A stretch of 61,815 bases of DNA, counting the filler. It is 6 parts of 6 records of this genome, joined end to end, with 100 filler letters (N's around TTAATTAATTAA, not from the genome) between each part and the next. Parts side by side here need not be neighbours in the genome. Positions count along the whole stretch, not along the records: positions 17,007 to 34,487 come from SRR20825006_2136; positions 34,588 to 42,602 come from SRR20825006_2142; 4 more parts are not named here. One strand, 5' to 3'. How positions within the stretch are numbered: the stretch's first letter is position 1; the number at the start of each line of letters is the position of its first letter. Positions 30,693 through 40,094 of this stretch are shown piece after piece. The notes below the pieces were generated by a model that made no database searches, was not told the origin of the DNA, and saw only the letters and a list, made by a program, of their open reading frames with translations. The position numbers and the translations under genes are program-made.

Positions 30693-31949
30693 ATGACGCC
30701 TCAGGAAATCGCGAATATCCTGGACGAACACGAAAAATGGCTGAGCCGCGCCCATAGCGGATCTCGGGCAAATCTGGCACGCGCCAACCTTTCCGGTTTC
30801 ACGCTCGAAAAGGTAAACCTCAAATCCGCCAAAATGTCCGGTGCGAACCTGCAGAAGACGATCCTGGTCGGCAGCAACCTCAGCCATACGGATCTGTTCT
30901 GTGCGGTGCTTGATGGCGCCGATCTGAGGGATGCCGACCTGCAGAATGCCGATCTGCGCGGCGCCTCCATTCGTAACGTCGCCTTCAAGGGCGCCAATCT
31001 TGTCGGCGCCGATTTCCGCGGCGGCACGCTCATGTTCGGCACCGACGATGACGAGGGGCAGAGGGACGGGCCGACATCGAACCAGCAAGGCGCCGACCTG
31101 AGCTATTCGGCCATGCCGAATGCGAGCCTTGCGGGCGCGCATCTGGCCGGAGCGAACCTTTCCGGGGTGAACCTGCGCAATGCGGACCTGAAGGGAGCTG
31201 ATCTTTCCAACTGTGTGCTGGTTGAAGCAGACCTTTCCGGCGCGGACTTGCAGGATGCCAATCTGTCCGGCGCCCGGCTCGACAATACGATTCTCAAGCA
31301 TGCCAATCTGTCCGGAGCCAACCTGGACGGCTGCGACCTTTCCGGAGCGGATGTCACCGGCGCCAACATGGTTCGACACGAAGATTCCCTGCCTTTCGAG
31401 GTCCGCGAAGTCCTCAACATGCACTACGTCTGGATCCGGGAAGACGGACGCCTTGGCGACCGCGCGATCCTGAAGAATGCCGACCTGAGCTTTATTGATC
31501 TTGCCGCCGTGAATCTGTCCGGCGCGGATCTGCACGGGGCCAATATGAGCGGGGCCAACCTCTCGAACGTCCTGCTTGTGATGTCGGATCTGTCCGATAC
31601 GAACCTGAAGGGGGCGAACCTGAGTGGCGCGACGCTGGAGGGGATCAACCTCGCAAATGCCGACATGACGGATGCGGATCTTTCGCATGCGGGGATAGGG
31701 CCGGTCGACCTGAAGGATCAGAAAGGCCAGCTTACCGGACGGAAATGGCCCGCAAACCTTTCCGGCGCCAAACTGGTGAATGCAAACCTCAAGGATGCTG
31801 ACCTGCAAAATGCCAACCTGGCCGGAGCAGATCTTACAGGTGCGGATCTTTCCGGCGCGGATCTTACGCGCGCGAATCTTACGGATGCGGTCTTTAAGAC
31901 CGAGCAGATCTCAACCGCAAAAACCGGCGTGAACGCCGACAATAAATAA
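30693..31949 (+). CDS. Pentapeptide repeat protein 1 (two HxxW-capped modules)
   Basis: Extensive A(D/N)Lxx repeats; caps HEKWL...RANL and HYVWI...RAIL. Confidence 0.93.
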   Translation: MTPQEIANILDEHEKWLSRAHSGSRANLARANLSGFTLEKVNLKSAKMSGANLQKTILVGSNLSHTDLFCAVLDGADLRDADLQNADLRGASIRNVAFKGANLVGADFRGGTLMFGTDDDEGQRDGPTSNQQGADLSYSAMPNASLAGAHLAGANLSGVNLRNADLKGADLSNCVLVEADLSGADLQDANLSGARLDNTILKHANLSGANLDGCDLSGADVTGANMVRHEDSLPFEVREVLNMHYVWIREDGRLGDRAILKNADLSFIDLAAVNLSGADLHGANMSGANLSNVLLVMSDLSDTNLKGANLSGATLEGINLANADMTDADLSHAGIGPVDLKDQKGQLTGRKWPANLSGAKLVNANLKDADLQNANLAGADLTGADLSGADLTRANLTDAVFKTEQISTAKTGVNADNK

Positions 31950-32065
31950 CATAAACAAATTATGGAATTAAGCGATACAAACGGTATGACCGGCCCGTTT
32001 CAAAGGAAATTCTTCTTGACCCTTGGACATGGAAGCGTGCGAATGCTTCGTTCTAACGAAATTTA

Positions 32066-32461
32066 ATGTCTTACTCTGCAGACTGGCCATTCGGGGTTGC
32101 CTCCGCATTGACTGATGAAGCGCAAAAAACCGAACAACTCGACAAACTCAGCAACGAGATCGAAAAACTTATTGCTCGCGTTGCCGATGATGTACGGGAA
32201 CAACGAGGCGCGGAGGAAGAACGACGGGCGAGCGGATTTGTGATCTATCTGCTAAGAAACCCGGACAACACACCGATTCAGACACTTCTGCTCAAGAAAG
32301 CCGGTATTGCAACGAACGATATCGTCCAAACGCGCGGCTTTACGGCCCTCAAGAACCATTGTGAGCGTCTCAGCCTGCAGGCGCGCGTTGAGGATGCCGT
32401 GAGACCATCGCGGGAATACGTCAATCCCTGCCTTGGCATTATCGTGGATGGCTGGCCATGA
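32066..32461 (+). CDS. Hypothetical protein (131 aa; start uncertain)
   Basis: ORF fills the gap between two co-oriented genes; helical, charged N-terminal half; no recognised motif. Confidence 0.65.
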   Translation: MSYSADWPFGVASALTDEAQKTEQLDKLSNEIEKLIARVADDVREQRGAEEERRASGFVIYLLRNPDNTPIQTLLLKKAGIATNDIVQTRGFTALKNHCERLSLQARVEDAVRPSREYVNPCLGIIVDGWP

Positions 32462-32564
32462 TAAGTGTTGAGTTGAAACGAGCCTCCAAAGGTTCACTGC
32501 CCAGGGGGGCACTGCATTGTCTGCTTATCGGCAGCCCCGCGCTGATGGAAAGAAACCAGAGTCG

Positions 32565-33815
32565 ATGACGCCGGAAGATATTCTTCAAGCCATTGAGAGC
32601 CATCAGCGTTGGCTGAAACGCAAGCCGGGCGGCGTGCGTGCGGACCTGTCTGGACTTGACGTCGCGGGCTTTCAGCTGTCACGCGTGAACCTTCAGTCCG
32701 CACGTCTGTCAGGCGTCAATTTCTCGGGCACCTTCCTGTCCGCCGCCGATCTCAGTTATGCGGATCTGTTTTGCGCCAATCTGGATAATTCGGACCTGTC
32801 CAACGCCGTCCTGATGCGGGCAGACCTGCGCGGCGCAACCATCAGGGGGTCCAACCTCGGTGGCGCCAACCTGAAGGAAGCCGACATGCGCGGCGGCGCC
32901 ATCATCAACGACCTGGCGGATGAGCGCCCGACCTTTATCCGGGCAGACGTATCCTCCTCGACCATGGACGAGGCGGATATCAATAACGCCAATCTGTCCG
33001 GAACCAATCTGTCCAATTCCAGCATGATCGGCACCAACCTTGAGAACACCCTGCTTTGCGGTGCCAATCTCAGCGGGGTGAATCTCGAGAATGCAAACCT
33101 GACCGGAGCGGATCTGTCCGGCGCCAATCTGGCGAACGCAAAAATTATCGGGGCCAACCTCAGGGGCGCAAACCTGCGCGGCGCCCTGATATCCGAAACC
33201 AGCTTTGCCAAATCCGATCTCAGCAGCGCAATTCTCGAGCGGGTCAACCTGTCGACGGCCAATCTCACTGGCGCCCAGCTGGTGACCGAGAACGGGGACC
33301 GCAGCCGTTCCCTCCGGGATATCGTCAATGATCATGAACTGTGGATACGCGAGCAGGGTCGCGGCGGTACCCGGGCGCAGCTTGCCGGGGCCAATCTCAA
33401 GGATGTCGATCTGAGCGATATCAACCTGTCGGGCGCGGACCTGCGCGAAGTGGATCTGTCCGGCGCCAAGATGCGCCGCACCCAGCTGGTGATGACAGAC
33501 CTTACCGGCGCCAAGCTTCCCCGGGCCGATCTCAGGGATTCCGATCTGTCCGGCACCAAGCTGATCTCCGCCGACCTGACGGATGCGCAGATGAATGGCG
33601 CACTGTTTTATCCGGTCGAGCTGAAAGACGCCAATGGCAACCCGACCGGACGGTTCTGGCCGTCCGATCTGGAAGGTGCCTTGCTCCGCAATGCGGATCT
33701 TACCGGAGCCCGTTTCAAAGGCGCCAACCTCACCGGCACGGATCTGAAAGGTGCCCGGACCGCCGGCGCCCAGTTTACGGACACGGACCTCGACCAGGCA
33801 GTGACGGACGCCTGA
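32565..33815 (+). CDS. Pentapeptide repeat protein 2, paralog of 30693-31949
   Basis: Same architecture; MTPEDI aligns with MTPQEI of the paralog. An alternative TTG start exists at 32517. Confidence 0.93.
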   Translation: MTPEDILQAIESHQRWLKRKPGGVRADLSGLDVAGFQLSRVNLQSARLSGVNFSGTFLSAADLSYADLFCANLDNSDLSNAVLMRADLRGATIRGSNLGGANLKEADMRGGAIINDLADERPTFIRADVSSSTMDEADINNANLSGTNLSNSSMIGTNLENTLLCGANLSGVNLENANLTGADLSGANLANAKIIGANLRGANLRGALISETSFAKSDLSSAILERVNLSTANLTGAQLVTENGDRSRSLRDIVNDHELWIREQGRGGTRAQLAGANLKDVDLSDINLSGADLREVDLSGAKMRRTQLVMTDLTGAKLPRADLRDSDLSGTKLISADLTDAQMNGALFYPVELKDANGNPTGRFWPSDLEGALLRNADLTGARFKGANLTGTDLKGARTAGAQFTDTDLDQAVTDA

Positions 33816-33821
33816 CGCCGG

Positions 33822-34487
33822 TCAGGCGGCTCCCATCACAGCCTTGAGCGCAGTCAATGCCAGCTCAATCCCGCTGCGCGTGACATCGATATGGGTCACG
33901 GCACGCATCCGGCGCGGCCCCATCGGGCCAATCCGCACCTTATGCTCACGCATCAGACGCTCCGACAAACTCGCCGCATCGAAGGCCGGCGACTCAATGT
34001 CGAAATACACCATGTTGGTCTCGATCTCGTCGACCGCTACGGTCAATCCCGGGATCGATGCAATCCCTTCGGCAAGATACCGGGCATTGGCATGATCCTC
34101 GGCCAACCGGTCGATATGGTGATCAAGTGCATGAACCCCGGCGGCGGCGATAATCCCGGCCTGCCGCATCGCCCCTCCGAACTGGTGCTTGAAGAGCCAG
34201 CTTCGCTCGATGAATTCTGCGCTGCCGGCCAGCACGCCGCCAACCGGGCATCCCAGTCCCTTCGAAAGATCGATCCAGAGAGAGTCGCATAACGCGCCAT
34301 AGGACGAGGCCGGTGTTCCGGACGCGACCACCGCGTTCAGCAGCCGCGCACCATCCATATGAACCTTGAGGCCATGACTGCGGGCGCATTCGGCAACGCC
34401 GGAAACGGTTGCAAGCGGCCAGACAGCGCCCCCACCGAGATTGGCCGTGTTCTCGATATTCACCAGTTTCTGGCGCTGGCCATGGTG
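33822..34487 (-). CDS. ltaE: Low-specificity L-threonine aldolase (5' truncated)
   Basis: IENTAN..GG, HMDGARL, DLSKGLGCPVG (PLP lysine), GGAMRQAG. Confidence 0.9.
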   Translation of the reverse strand, partial: HHGQRQKLVNIENTANLGGGAVWPLATVSGVAECARSHGLKVHMDGARLLNAVVASGTPASSYGALCDSLWIDLSKGLGCPVGGVLAGSAEFIERSWLFKHQFGGAMRQAGIIAAAGVHALDHHIDRLAEDHANARYLAEGIASIPGLTVAVDEIETNMVYFDIESPAFDAASLSERLMREHKVRIGPMGPRRMRAVTHIDVTRSGIELALTALKAVMGAA

Positions 34488-34587
34488 NNNNNNNNNNNNN
34501 NNNNNNNNNNNNNNNNNNNNNNNNNNNNNNNTTAATTAATTAANNNNNNNNNNNNNNNNNNNNNNNNNNNNNNNNNNNNNNNNNNNN
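34488..34587. other. Artificial contig spacer 3
   Basis: N run + TTAATTAATTAA + N run. Confidence 0.99.
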
Positions 34588-34589
34588 GC

Positions 34590-34679
34590 TGCCCGACAGA
34601 GTGGCTTTCCGAACTCGCCCGGCTTGACGAGATCAAGGAAAGCATTGCGGAACTGGAAAAATTGCTCGCTAGGTCTTGA
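34590..34679 (+). CDS. 3' end of a truncated gene, possibly ADP-ribosylglycohydrolase family
   Basis: CPTEWLSELARLDEIKESIAELEKLLARS* resembles the P-x-x-W-L-x-x-L-A-R tail of ARH proteins; only 29 aa visible. Confidence 0.35.
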   Translation, partial: CPTEWLSELARLDEIKESIAELEKLLARS

Positions 34680-34841
34680 TACCCCATACCTCGTCTCACT
34701 ATAAGATTAGGAAATAGGTTGGATTTTATCTTGAGCTTATTCCATTCCACTATTCAATAAACTCAACCATTGTGCGCTTGCTGGGCTGTTAAAGATTCAT
34801 GGCCAACCACAATTTTTCGCTTTTGGGTAAAATGAAGCCGC

Positions 34842-36089
34842 CTACGCTGGGGATGCGTTAGTCCAAATACCACGCGTATCGATAACAATCTTTTCAGACT
34901 GTTTTCCATTGGAAACGCGCTTGAAAGGCTTGTGATCCACCAACACCACCAGAATATCGGCTTTCTCAATCGCGTCCGTCAGTTCCGCATGCTCCACTTT
35001 AAGTTTGGCAAGCTTCGGTGGAAGCACTTCGATATTGGGTTCAACTACCAGAATGCGGCAATCAAGTTCGCTGGCGAGCCGCTCAGTGATCATCAGCGCC
35101 GGACTGGTACGCAGGTCATCAATATCCGCTTTAAACGCAAGCCCAAAACAGGCAATAGTCGGCGCCTTGAATTTTTCGGCGGCCTTTTTTACCTTCTTGA
35201 TGACGTACTCCGGTTTGCAGTCGTTCACTTCCCGAGCCGTACGGATCAGTCGGGCCTCTTCTGGCGCACTGTCGACGATGAACCAGGGATCCACAGCGAT
35301 ACAGTGACCGCCCACGCCCGGCCCTGGCTGCAGGATATTCACCCGAGGGTGCCGGTTCGCAAGGCGGATCAGTTCCCATACGTCAATGTCCAGCCGGTCG
35401 GAGATCAGCGACAGTTCGTTCGCGAAGGCGATATTGACGTCACGAAAAGCATTTTCGGACAGTTTCGCCATCTCAGCCGTGCGGGCGTTCGTCAGGAAGC
35501 ATTCCCCTTTGACAAAAACATCATAGAGCGCCTCGGCCCTTACGGCACAGTCGATTGTAATACCGCCGACGATCCTGTCATTTTGCACAAGCTCGATAAG
35601 TACCCGGCCCGGCAGAACCCGCTCAGGACAGTGGGCCGCAAAGTATTTGGTGCCGCACCCGCCCTTGAGATCCGGCCGTTCCTCTTCGAGCCACGCAACC
35701 ATCTGGTCGGTTGCCCCGGGCGGCACCGTCGATTCAAGAACAATCAGGTTCCCTGCCTCAATATAGGGGGCGATCGAGCGCGTCGCCGCTTCGATATAAC
35801 TGAGATCAGGCGTAAGCGTGTCAGTAAAGGGAGTCGGTACAGCAATGATGAAGGCATCCGCTTTTTCCGGAACCGTCTGGGCCTTCAGCTGTCCGGCCGA
35901 GACCACGCCCTGCAGCAACCCGTCGAGATCAACTTCAACAATATGGGCCTTGCCCTTGTTGATGCTGTTCACGGCTTTCGGGTTCACATCGACGCCGGTC
36001 ACCTGAAGCCCGGCTTTGGCGAAAACCGCCGCTGTCGGCAGGCCGATATAGCCAAGCCCTACGATGCAGATTGACTTATAGGTATACAT
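34842..36089 (-). CDS. wecC: UDP-N-acetyl-D-mannosamine dehydrogenase
   Basis: [52 protein letters not shown]. Confidence 0.95.
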   Translation of the reverse strand: MYTYKSICIVGLGYIGLPTAAVFAKAGLQVTGVDVNPKAVNSINKGKAHIVEVDLDGLLQGVVSAGQLKAQTVPEKADAFIIAVPTPFTDTLTPDLSYIEAATRSIAPYIEAGNLIVLESTVPPGATDQMVAWLEEERPDLKGGCGTKYFAAHCPERVLPGRVLIELVQNDRIVGGITIDCAVRAEALYDVFVKGECFLTNARTAEMAKLSENAFRDVNIAFANELSLISDRLDIDVWELIRLANRHPRVNILQPGPGVGGHCIAVDPWFIVDSAPEEARLIRTAREVNDCKPEYVIKKVKKAAEKFKAPTIACFGLAFKADIDDLRTSPALMITERLASELDCRILVVEPNIEVLPPKLAKLKVEHAELTDAIEKADILVVLVDHKPFKRVSNGKQSEKIVIDTRGIWTNASPA

Positions 36090-37197
36090 GCCTGATTGCC
36101 TCCAAGATTTGCTGTGCGGCAGTGCCGTCGCCATAGGGGTTATGTGCTTCTGCCATTGCCCCATAATGGGATGGATCGTCAAGCAGCCTCTCTACCTCTC
36201 CGGCAATCTTGTCGGCGTCGGTTCCCACTAGCCTGACCGTCCCGGCTTCAACGGCTTCCGGTCGTTCGGTCGTCTCGCGCATCACCAAGACCGGCTTTCC
36301 AAGCGACGGTGCCTCTTCCTGGACGCCGCCGGAATCGGTCAGAATGACATGGGAGCGGTTCATCAGATAGACGAAGCTGGGATAGTCCTGAGGCGCGATC
36401 AGGTGAACATTCTCAAGCCCCGCCAGCTTTGCATGTACGGGGCCTTTCACATTGGGGTTCAGGTGCACAGGATAGAGGATTTCAACGTCCGGCCGGGCGG
36501 CAACACGGGCGAGCGCATCGCAGATATCCTCGAAGCCCCGGCCAAAACTCTCACGCCGGTGACCCGTGACAAGAATGAGTTTCTTGCCGGCGTCAAGATA
36601 ATCGAACGTCTTGTCAAAGGACGCCGTCATCGCTTCGTCATGCACGATCCGGTCTCGCGCCATGAACAAGGCATCGACCACCGTGTTGCCGGTGATGTAA
36701 ATGCGCTGTTCAGGGATATTTTCCTTCAGGAGGTTTTTCCTGGATCCTTCCGTCGGCGCGAAACAAAGCGCGCTGAGGTTGTCTGTAATCAACCGGTTGG
36801 CTTCTTCCGGCCAGGGAGAATAAAGGTTGTAGGTCCTGAGGCCCGCCTCGACATGTCCGACGGGAATTTGCTGATAATAGGCCGCCAGCGTCGCCGACAT
36901 CGTGGTGTTTGTGTCACCATGCACCAGTACGAGATCGGGTTTTTCGGCTTCGAGTACTTTGGTAACACCGGTGAGGACCCGGGCCGTCACATCTGCAAGC
37001 CCCTGCGCCGCCTGCATGATATTCAGGTCGTGATCGACACGGATATCGAAGAAGCCAAGGACCTGGTCCAGCATATCGCGGTGCTGGGCAGTGATACAGA
37101 CCCGGTTTTCAATGCCCTCGGTCGCCTCGAAGGCAAGCACGACGGGCGCCATCTTGATGGCCTCTGGCCGTGTGCCAAATATCTGAAGAATTTTCAT
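36076..37197 (-). CDS. wecB: UDP-N-acetylglucosamine 2-epimerase (non-hydrolysing)
   Basis: [41 protein letters not shown]. Confidence 0.97.
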   Translation of the reverse strand: MKILQIFGTRPEAIKMAPVVLAFEATEGIENRVCITAQHRDMLDQVLGFFDIRVDHDLNIMQAAQGLADVTARVLTGVTKVLEAEKPDLVLVHGDTNTTMSATLAAYYQQIPVGHVEAGLRTYNLYSPWPEEANRLITDNLSALCFAPTEGSRKNLLKENIPEQRIYITGNTVVDALFMARDRIVHDEAMTASFDKTFDYLDAGKKLILVTGHRRESFGRGFEDICDALARVAARPDVEILYPVHLNPNVKGPVHAKLAGLENVHLIAPQDYPSFVYLMNRSHVILTDSGGVQEEAPSLGKPVLVMRETTERPEAVEAGTVRLVGTDADKIAGEVERLLDDPSHYGAMAEAHNPYGDGTAAQQILEAIRHVYL

Positions 37198-37258
37198 GCC
37201 TGATGTCTAATTTCTAAAAATAGATGCTGTATCAAGGTCCCGCCCCCGTAATTCGGGC

Positions 37259-38482
37259 CTATTCATAGCTTGTCCCCGCCAATATTACTATCCGATCCAG
37301 CATCTTTTTGGCCAGCGTTTTACGGTCATAGTCTGTTGATAGGGCTCGGCCGCCTGCCGCATAGGCCAACCGCAAGTCCGTGTCATTCTTGACAGTAGAC
37401 ACAGCCCGCCCGAAGGCCTGCACATTTTCAGGTTCGAAATACAGCCCGGCATTGTAACGCTCGACGATTTCGCGGGCTTGCCCATCCACCCCAAGCAGGA
37501 TGGGTTTCTCCATCGCTGCGGACTCGAAAATTTTCGACGGAATCACGGTCTTGAAGGTCTCAGACCTGCGGAGCGGCACCAGAACGGCGTCGAGAGCAGA
37601 AATATAGCTATACACCTGTTCCTTGGGCACAGGATCCAGGAAGGTCATGTTTGAAAGGCCCAGTTCGCGGGCTTTTTCCACCACTGCGGCTTTTCTGGCA
37701 CCATCACCAAGGCACAGGAGGTGAATGTCCGGATCGTCAAGTTGCGCCATTGCTTCAACAATGAACTCAAGGTTATGCGCCATTCCGTGGGTGCCGATAT
37801 AGCCGATCACGAACTTGTCCTGCAGTTTCAACTCGGAACGCAACGCCGCATTCAATGCCCCCACAGGAAACAACGTGGTATCGACGCCGTTCGTGACCAC
37901 ATGCATCTTGTGAACAGGGATACCGTATGTTTCCAGCCGTTGGTGAAAGGCGTCGGTCACCGGGACGATAAGGTCTGCCTTGCGGTACATGAACCGTTCG
38001 ACCCGTTCGAGCATCCGGATCGCCCGCCCCTTTTCCATCGCACCGACAGTTACGATGGACTCCGGCCACAGGTCCCGGAGTTCAAACACCCAGGGACGCC
38101 GTTTTAGCTTCGACAACGCAAAGCCCGCAAAGGTCGTAAAGAACTGCGGTGAAGTCGCAACAATGACGTCGGTCTTCTGGAACAGGCCGACCCAGAAGGC
38201 CATCATGGCGAAACTGACATAGTCGACAATGCGCTTTGCAAATCCGGCATTTGCAGCGATGTAGCTCCAAACACGAATAACTTTGATCCCGTCGATCAGT
38301 TCTTGCTGGAACAGCTTGTTCCGGTACCCTGGGAACACCTTGCCCTGTGGGAAATTGGGTGCGCAGGTCACAACCGTTACATCTGCGCCAAGCTCGGCCC
38401 ATTCCCGGCAGTGCTCGAATGTACGTGACGCCGGCGCGTTCACCTCGGGCGGAAAATTGTCGGTTATAAAAAGAATTCTCAT
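37259..38482 (-). CDS. GT4 glycosyltransferase (WbuB-like)
   Basis: MRILFITDNFPPEVNAPA, ELRDLWPES, PSKIFESAAMEKP. Confidence 0.92.
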   Translation of the reverse strand: MRILFITDNFPPEVNAPASRTFEHCREWAELGADVTVVTCAPNFPQGKVFPGYRNKLFQQELIDGIKVIRVWSYIAANAGFAKRIVDYVSFAMMAFWVGLFQKTDVIVATSPQFFTTFAGFALSKLKRRPWVFELRDLWPESIVTVGAMEKGRAIRMLERVERFMYRKADLIVPVTDAFHQRLETYGIPVHKMHVVTNGVDTTLFPVGALNAALRSELKLQDKFVIGYIGTHGMAHNLEFIVEAMAQLDDPDIHLLCLGDGARKAAVVEKARELGLSNMTFLDPVPKEQVYSYISALDAVLVPLRRSETFKTVIPSKIFESAAMEKPILLGVDGQAREIVERYNAGLYFEPENVQAFGRAVSTVKNDTDLRLAYAAGGRALSTDYDRKTLAKKMLDRIVILAGTSYE

Positions 38483-40065
38483 ATTTGAATATCGGTCCTG
38501 AGGTGTTCGCTGAAATGAACCTCGATGCATTTGGCCGATACTTGTTTATTAAACTCGGGCGAGTAATCATAGCCTGAAATGGCTATGCTGCTCGCATCCG
38601 AAAACGAAAACGTCACTCCCCCTGCTCGCACGGTATCGCCTCCAACCGAGACTTCCAGATCGGGATGCAGGTGAAAGCGCGCCACGGCACGCTCGGTACT
38701 GTTGCCGTTCAGATTGTCTTCCAATTGAATATAGTCTTCACTGAAGCGGAACGACCGCCGGTGCATGACTCCAAGGCGCTTGAACCCATCATGTACGGCC
38801 TCCACACTGTCGGGTGCTACATGTCGCTCGATGATCCGGGCACGTCGGCCAACGCGAAAAGCACCCCATATCTCGCTTTGCTCATGGCCGCCAAGCTGCA
38901 CCGTGTTGTGGGACGCGGTCGAACGCTCCAAAGCCCTGCGCACACCCAAGTCATAGGTTGATGTGCCGGTATCGACAACGACCGGCCTACCATGGGCGAA
39001 AAGCTCGAAATTGAACATGTCGCAGTGCGCGTGGCCTGGGATATAATCTGGGCCAATCTGGCCTGCGTCGCCCCAGAAGCTGTAGACTGATCCGTCATGG
39101 CGGAAATAGCCACTGTCCGGCAGGTCGGTCAAGGCAGACCGACCTGTTGGTTTCCACGCCAAGCCGAGTCGCTTCGCATAGCTCTCGAGTTCGCCAAATG
39201 TGGGACAAATACCGTAAGCGGCATCGTTGAAAAGCGGCGGCATGCCGTCCGGACGTGTCATCACCGCCAGCCAGGCCATGGCGCGAGCGGCCACCCTGAC
39301 CAGATCTTCGGGAATGTCGTGCCCATAGGCCTGAAGGATATTGCACAGGTCCAGAAGGTCTTCCGTGAGCGTCGCGTGATAGGTCGTACTGAGTTCAAAA
39401 TGAGCACCGTCCGACAGGAATTGGGCGCCCAGTTCCCTACGCAGCAAGGCCATGCCTTTCCCCAGCCAGATGCGCGGCATCGGCCCCTCAAAATGGAGCC
39501 CCGCGAAAACCAGCGCCTTGGCGTTGGCGAACAGATGGTTCCCAAGAAGATGGTACTCGATCGTATGAAAGAGCATGTGCGCCTGCTGGAACAGGCTTTC
39601 GTCCATTCCTTGAGGCTCTAGCGCATCGGACAATCGCCATTTTATCCAATTCACGATACGAAGGGATAAGGGGTAGGGCTCCCACCCATTGCCTTTGCCG
39701 AACGGGTTTTCACCGATCCAGCGTTCGACCAATCGCAGCTTGCGCTGGGCCGGTGTATCCCCAGAGCACAGACCATCATGGTAATGAAGGTTGTAGAGCC
39801 AAAGCTTAGGCAAGCCCGGGTGGTTCCAGCCTTCGGCTCCCGTTATTATTTCGGTACGGCTCAGGAAACAGAAGCGATCTTCAGCCTCAAGCGAGGCAGG
39901 CTTCACGATGGGGGTAGTCCATACCCCTGTTCGCTGGCTGGGGGCGAAGGTCGGCCCCGCCACAGGCTTTGGCCTGACAAACCGGCGCCGTATGCGGTTT
40001 GTCACCTGTATCGGTTTGAGATATTTCAGTGTCCGCCAATATAATCCAAATTTTGAGGCAGACAT
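38479..40065 (-). CDS. Heparinase II/III-family protein
   Basis: KLWLYNLHYHD, WEPYPLSLR, EYHLLGNH, GHAHCD, VDTGTSTY, RSTASHNT. Confidence 0.88.
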   Translation of the reverse strand: MSASKFGLYWRTLKYLKPIQVTNRIRRRFVRPKPVAGPTFAPSQRTGVWTTPIVKPASLEAEDRFCFLSRTEIITGAEGWNHPGLPKLWLYNLHYHDGLCSGDTPAQRKLRLVERWIGENPFGKGNGWEPYPLSLRIVNWIKWRLSDALEPQGMDESLFQQAHMLFHTIEYHLLGNHLFANAKALVFAGLHFEGPMPRIWLGKGMALLRRELGAQFLSDGAHFELSTTYHATLTEDLLDLCNILQAYGHDIPEDLVRVAARAMAWLAVMTRPDGMPPLFNDAAYGICPTFGELESYAKRLGLAWKPTGRSALTDLPDSGYFRHDGSVYSFWGDAGQIGPDYIPGHAHCDMFNFELFAHGRPVVVDTGTSTYDLGVRRALERSTASHNTVQLGGHEQSEIWGAFRVGRRARIIERHVAPDSVEAVHDGFKRLGVMHRRSFRFSEDYIQLEDNLNGNSTERAVARFHLHPDLEVSVGGDTVRAGGVTFSFSDASSIAISGYDYSPEFNKQVSAKCIEVHFSEHLRTDIQI

Positions 40066-40094
40066 ATCGCCCTCCAAACGCCGCTTCTGGACCA

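Noticed and set aside
30693-33815. Nucleotide-level repetitiveness (GCCAATCTGTCCGG-like units) as CRISPR or tandem DNA repeat
   Set aside because: Explained by pentapeptide coding; no identical repeats with unique spacers and no cas genes
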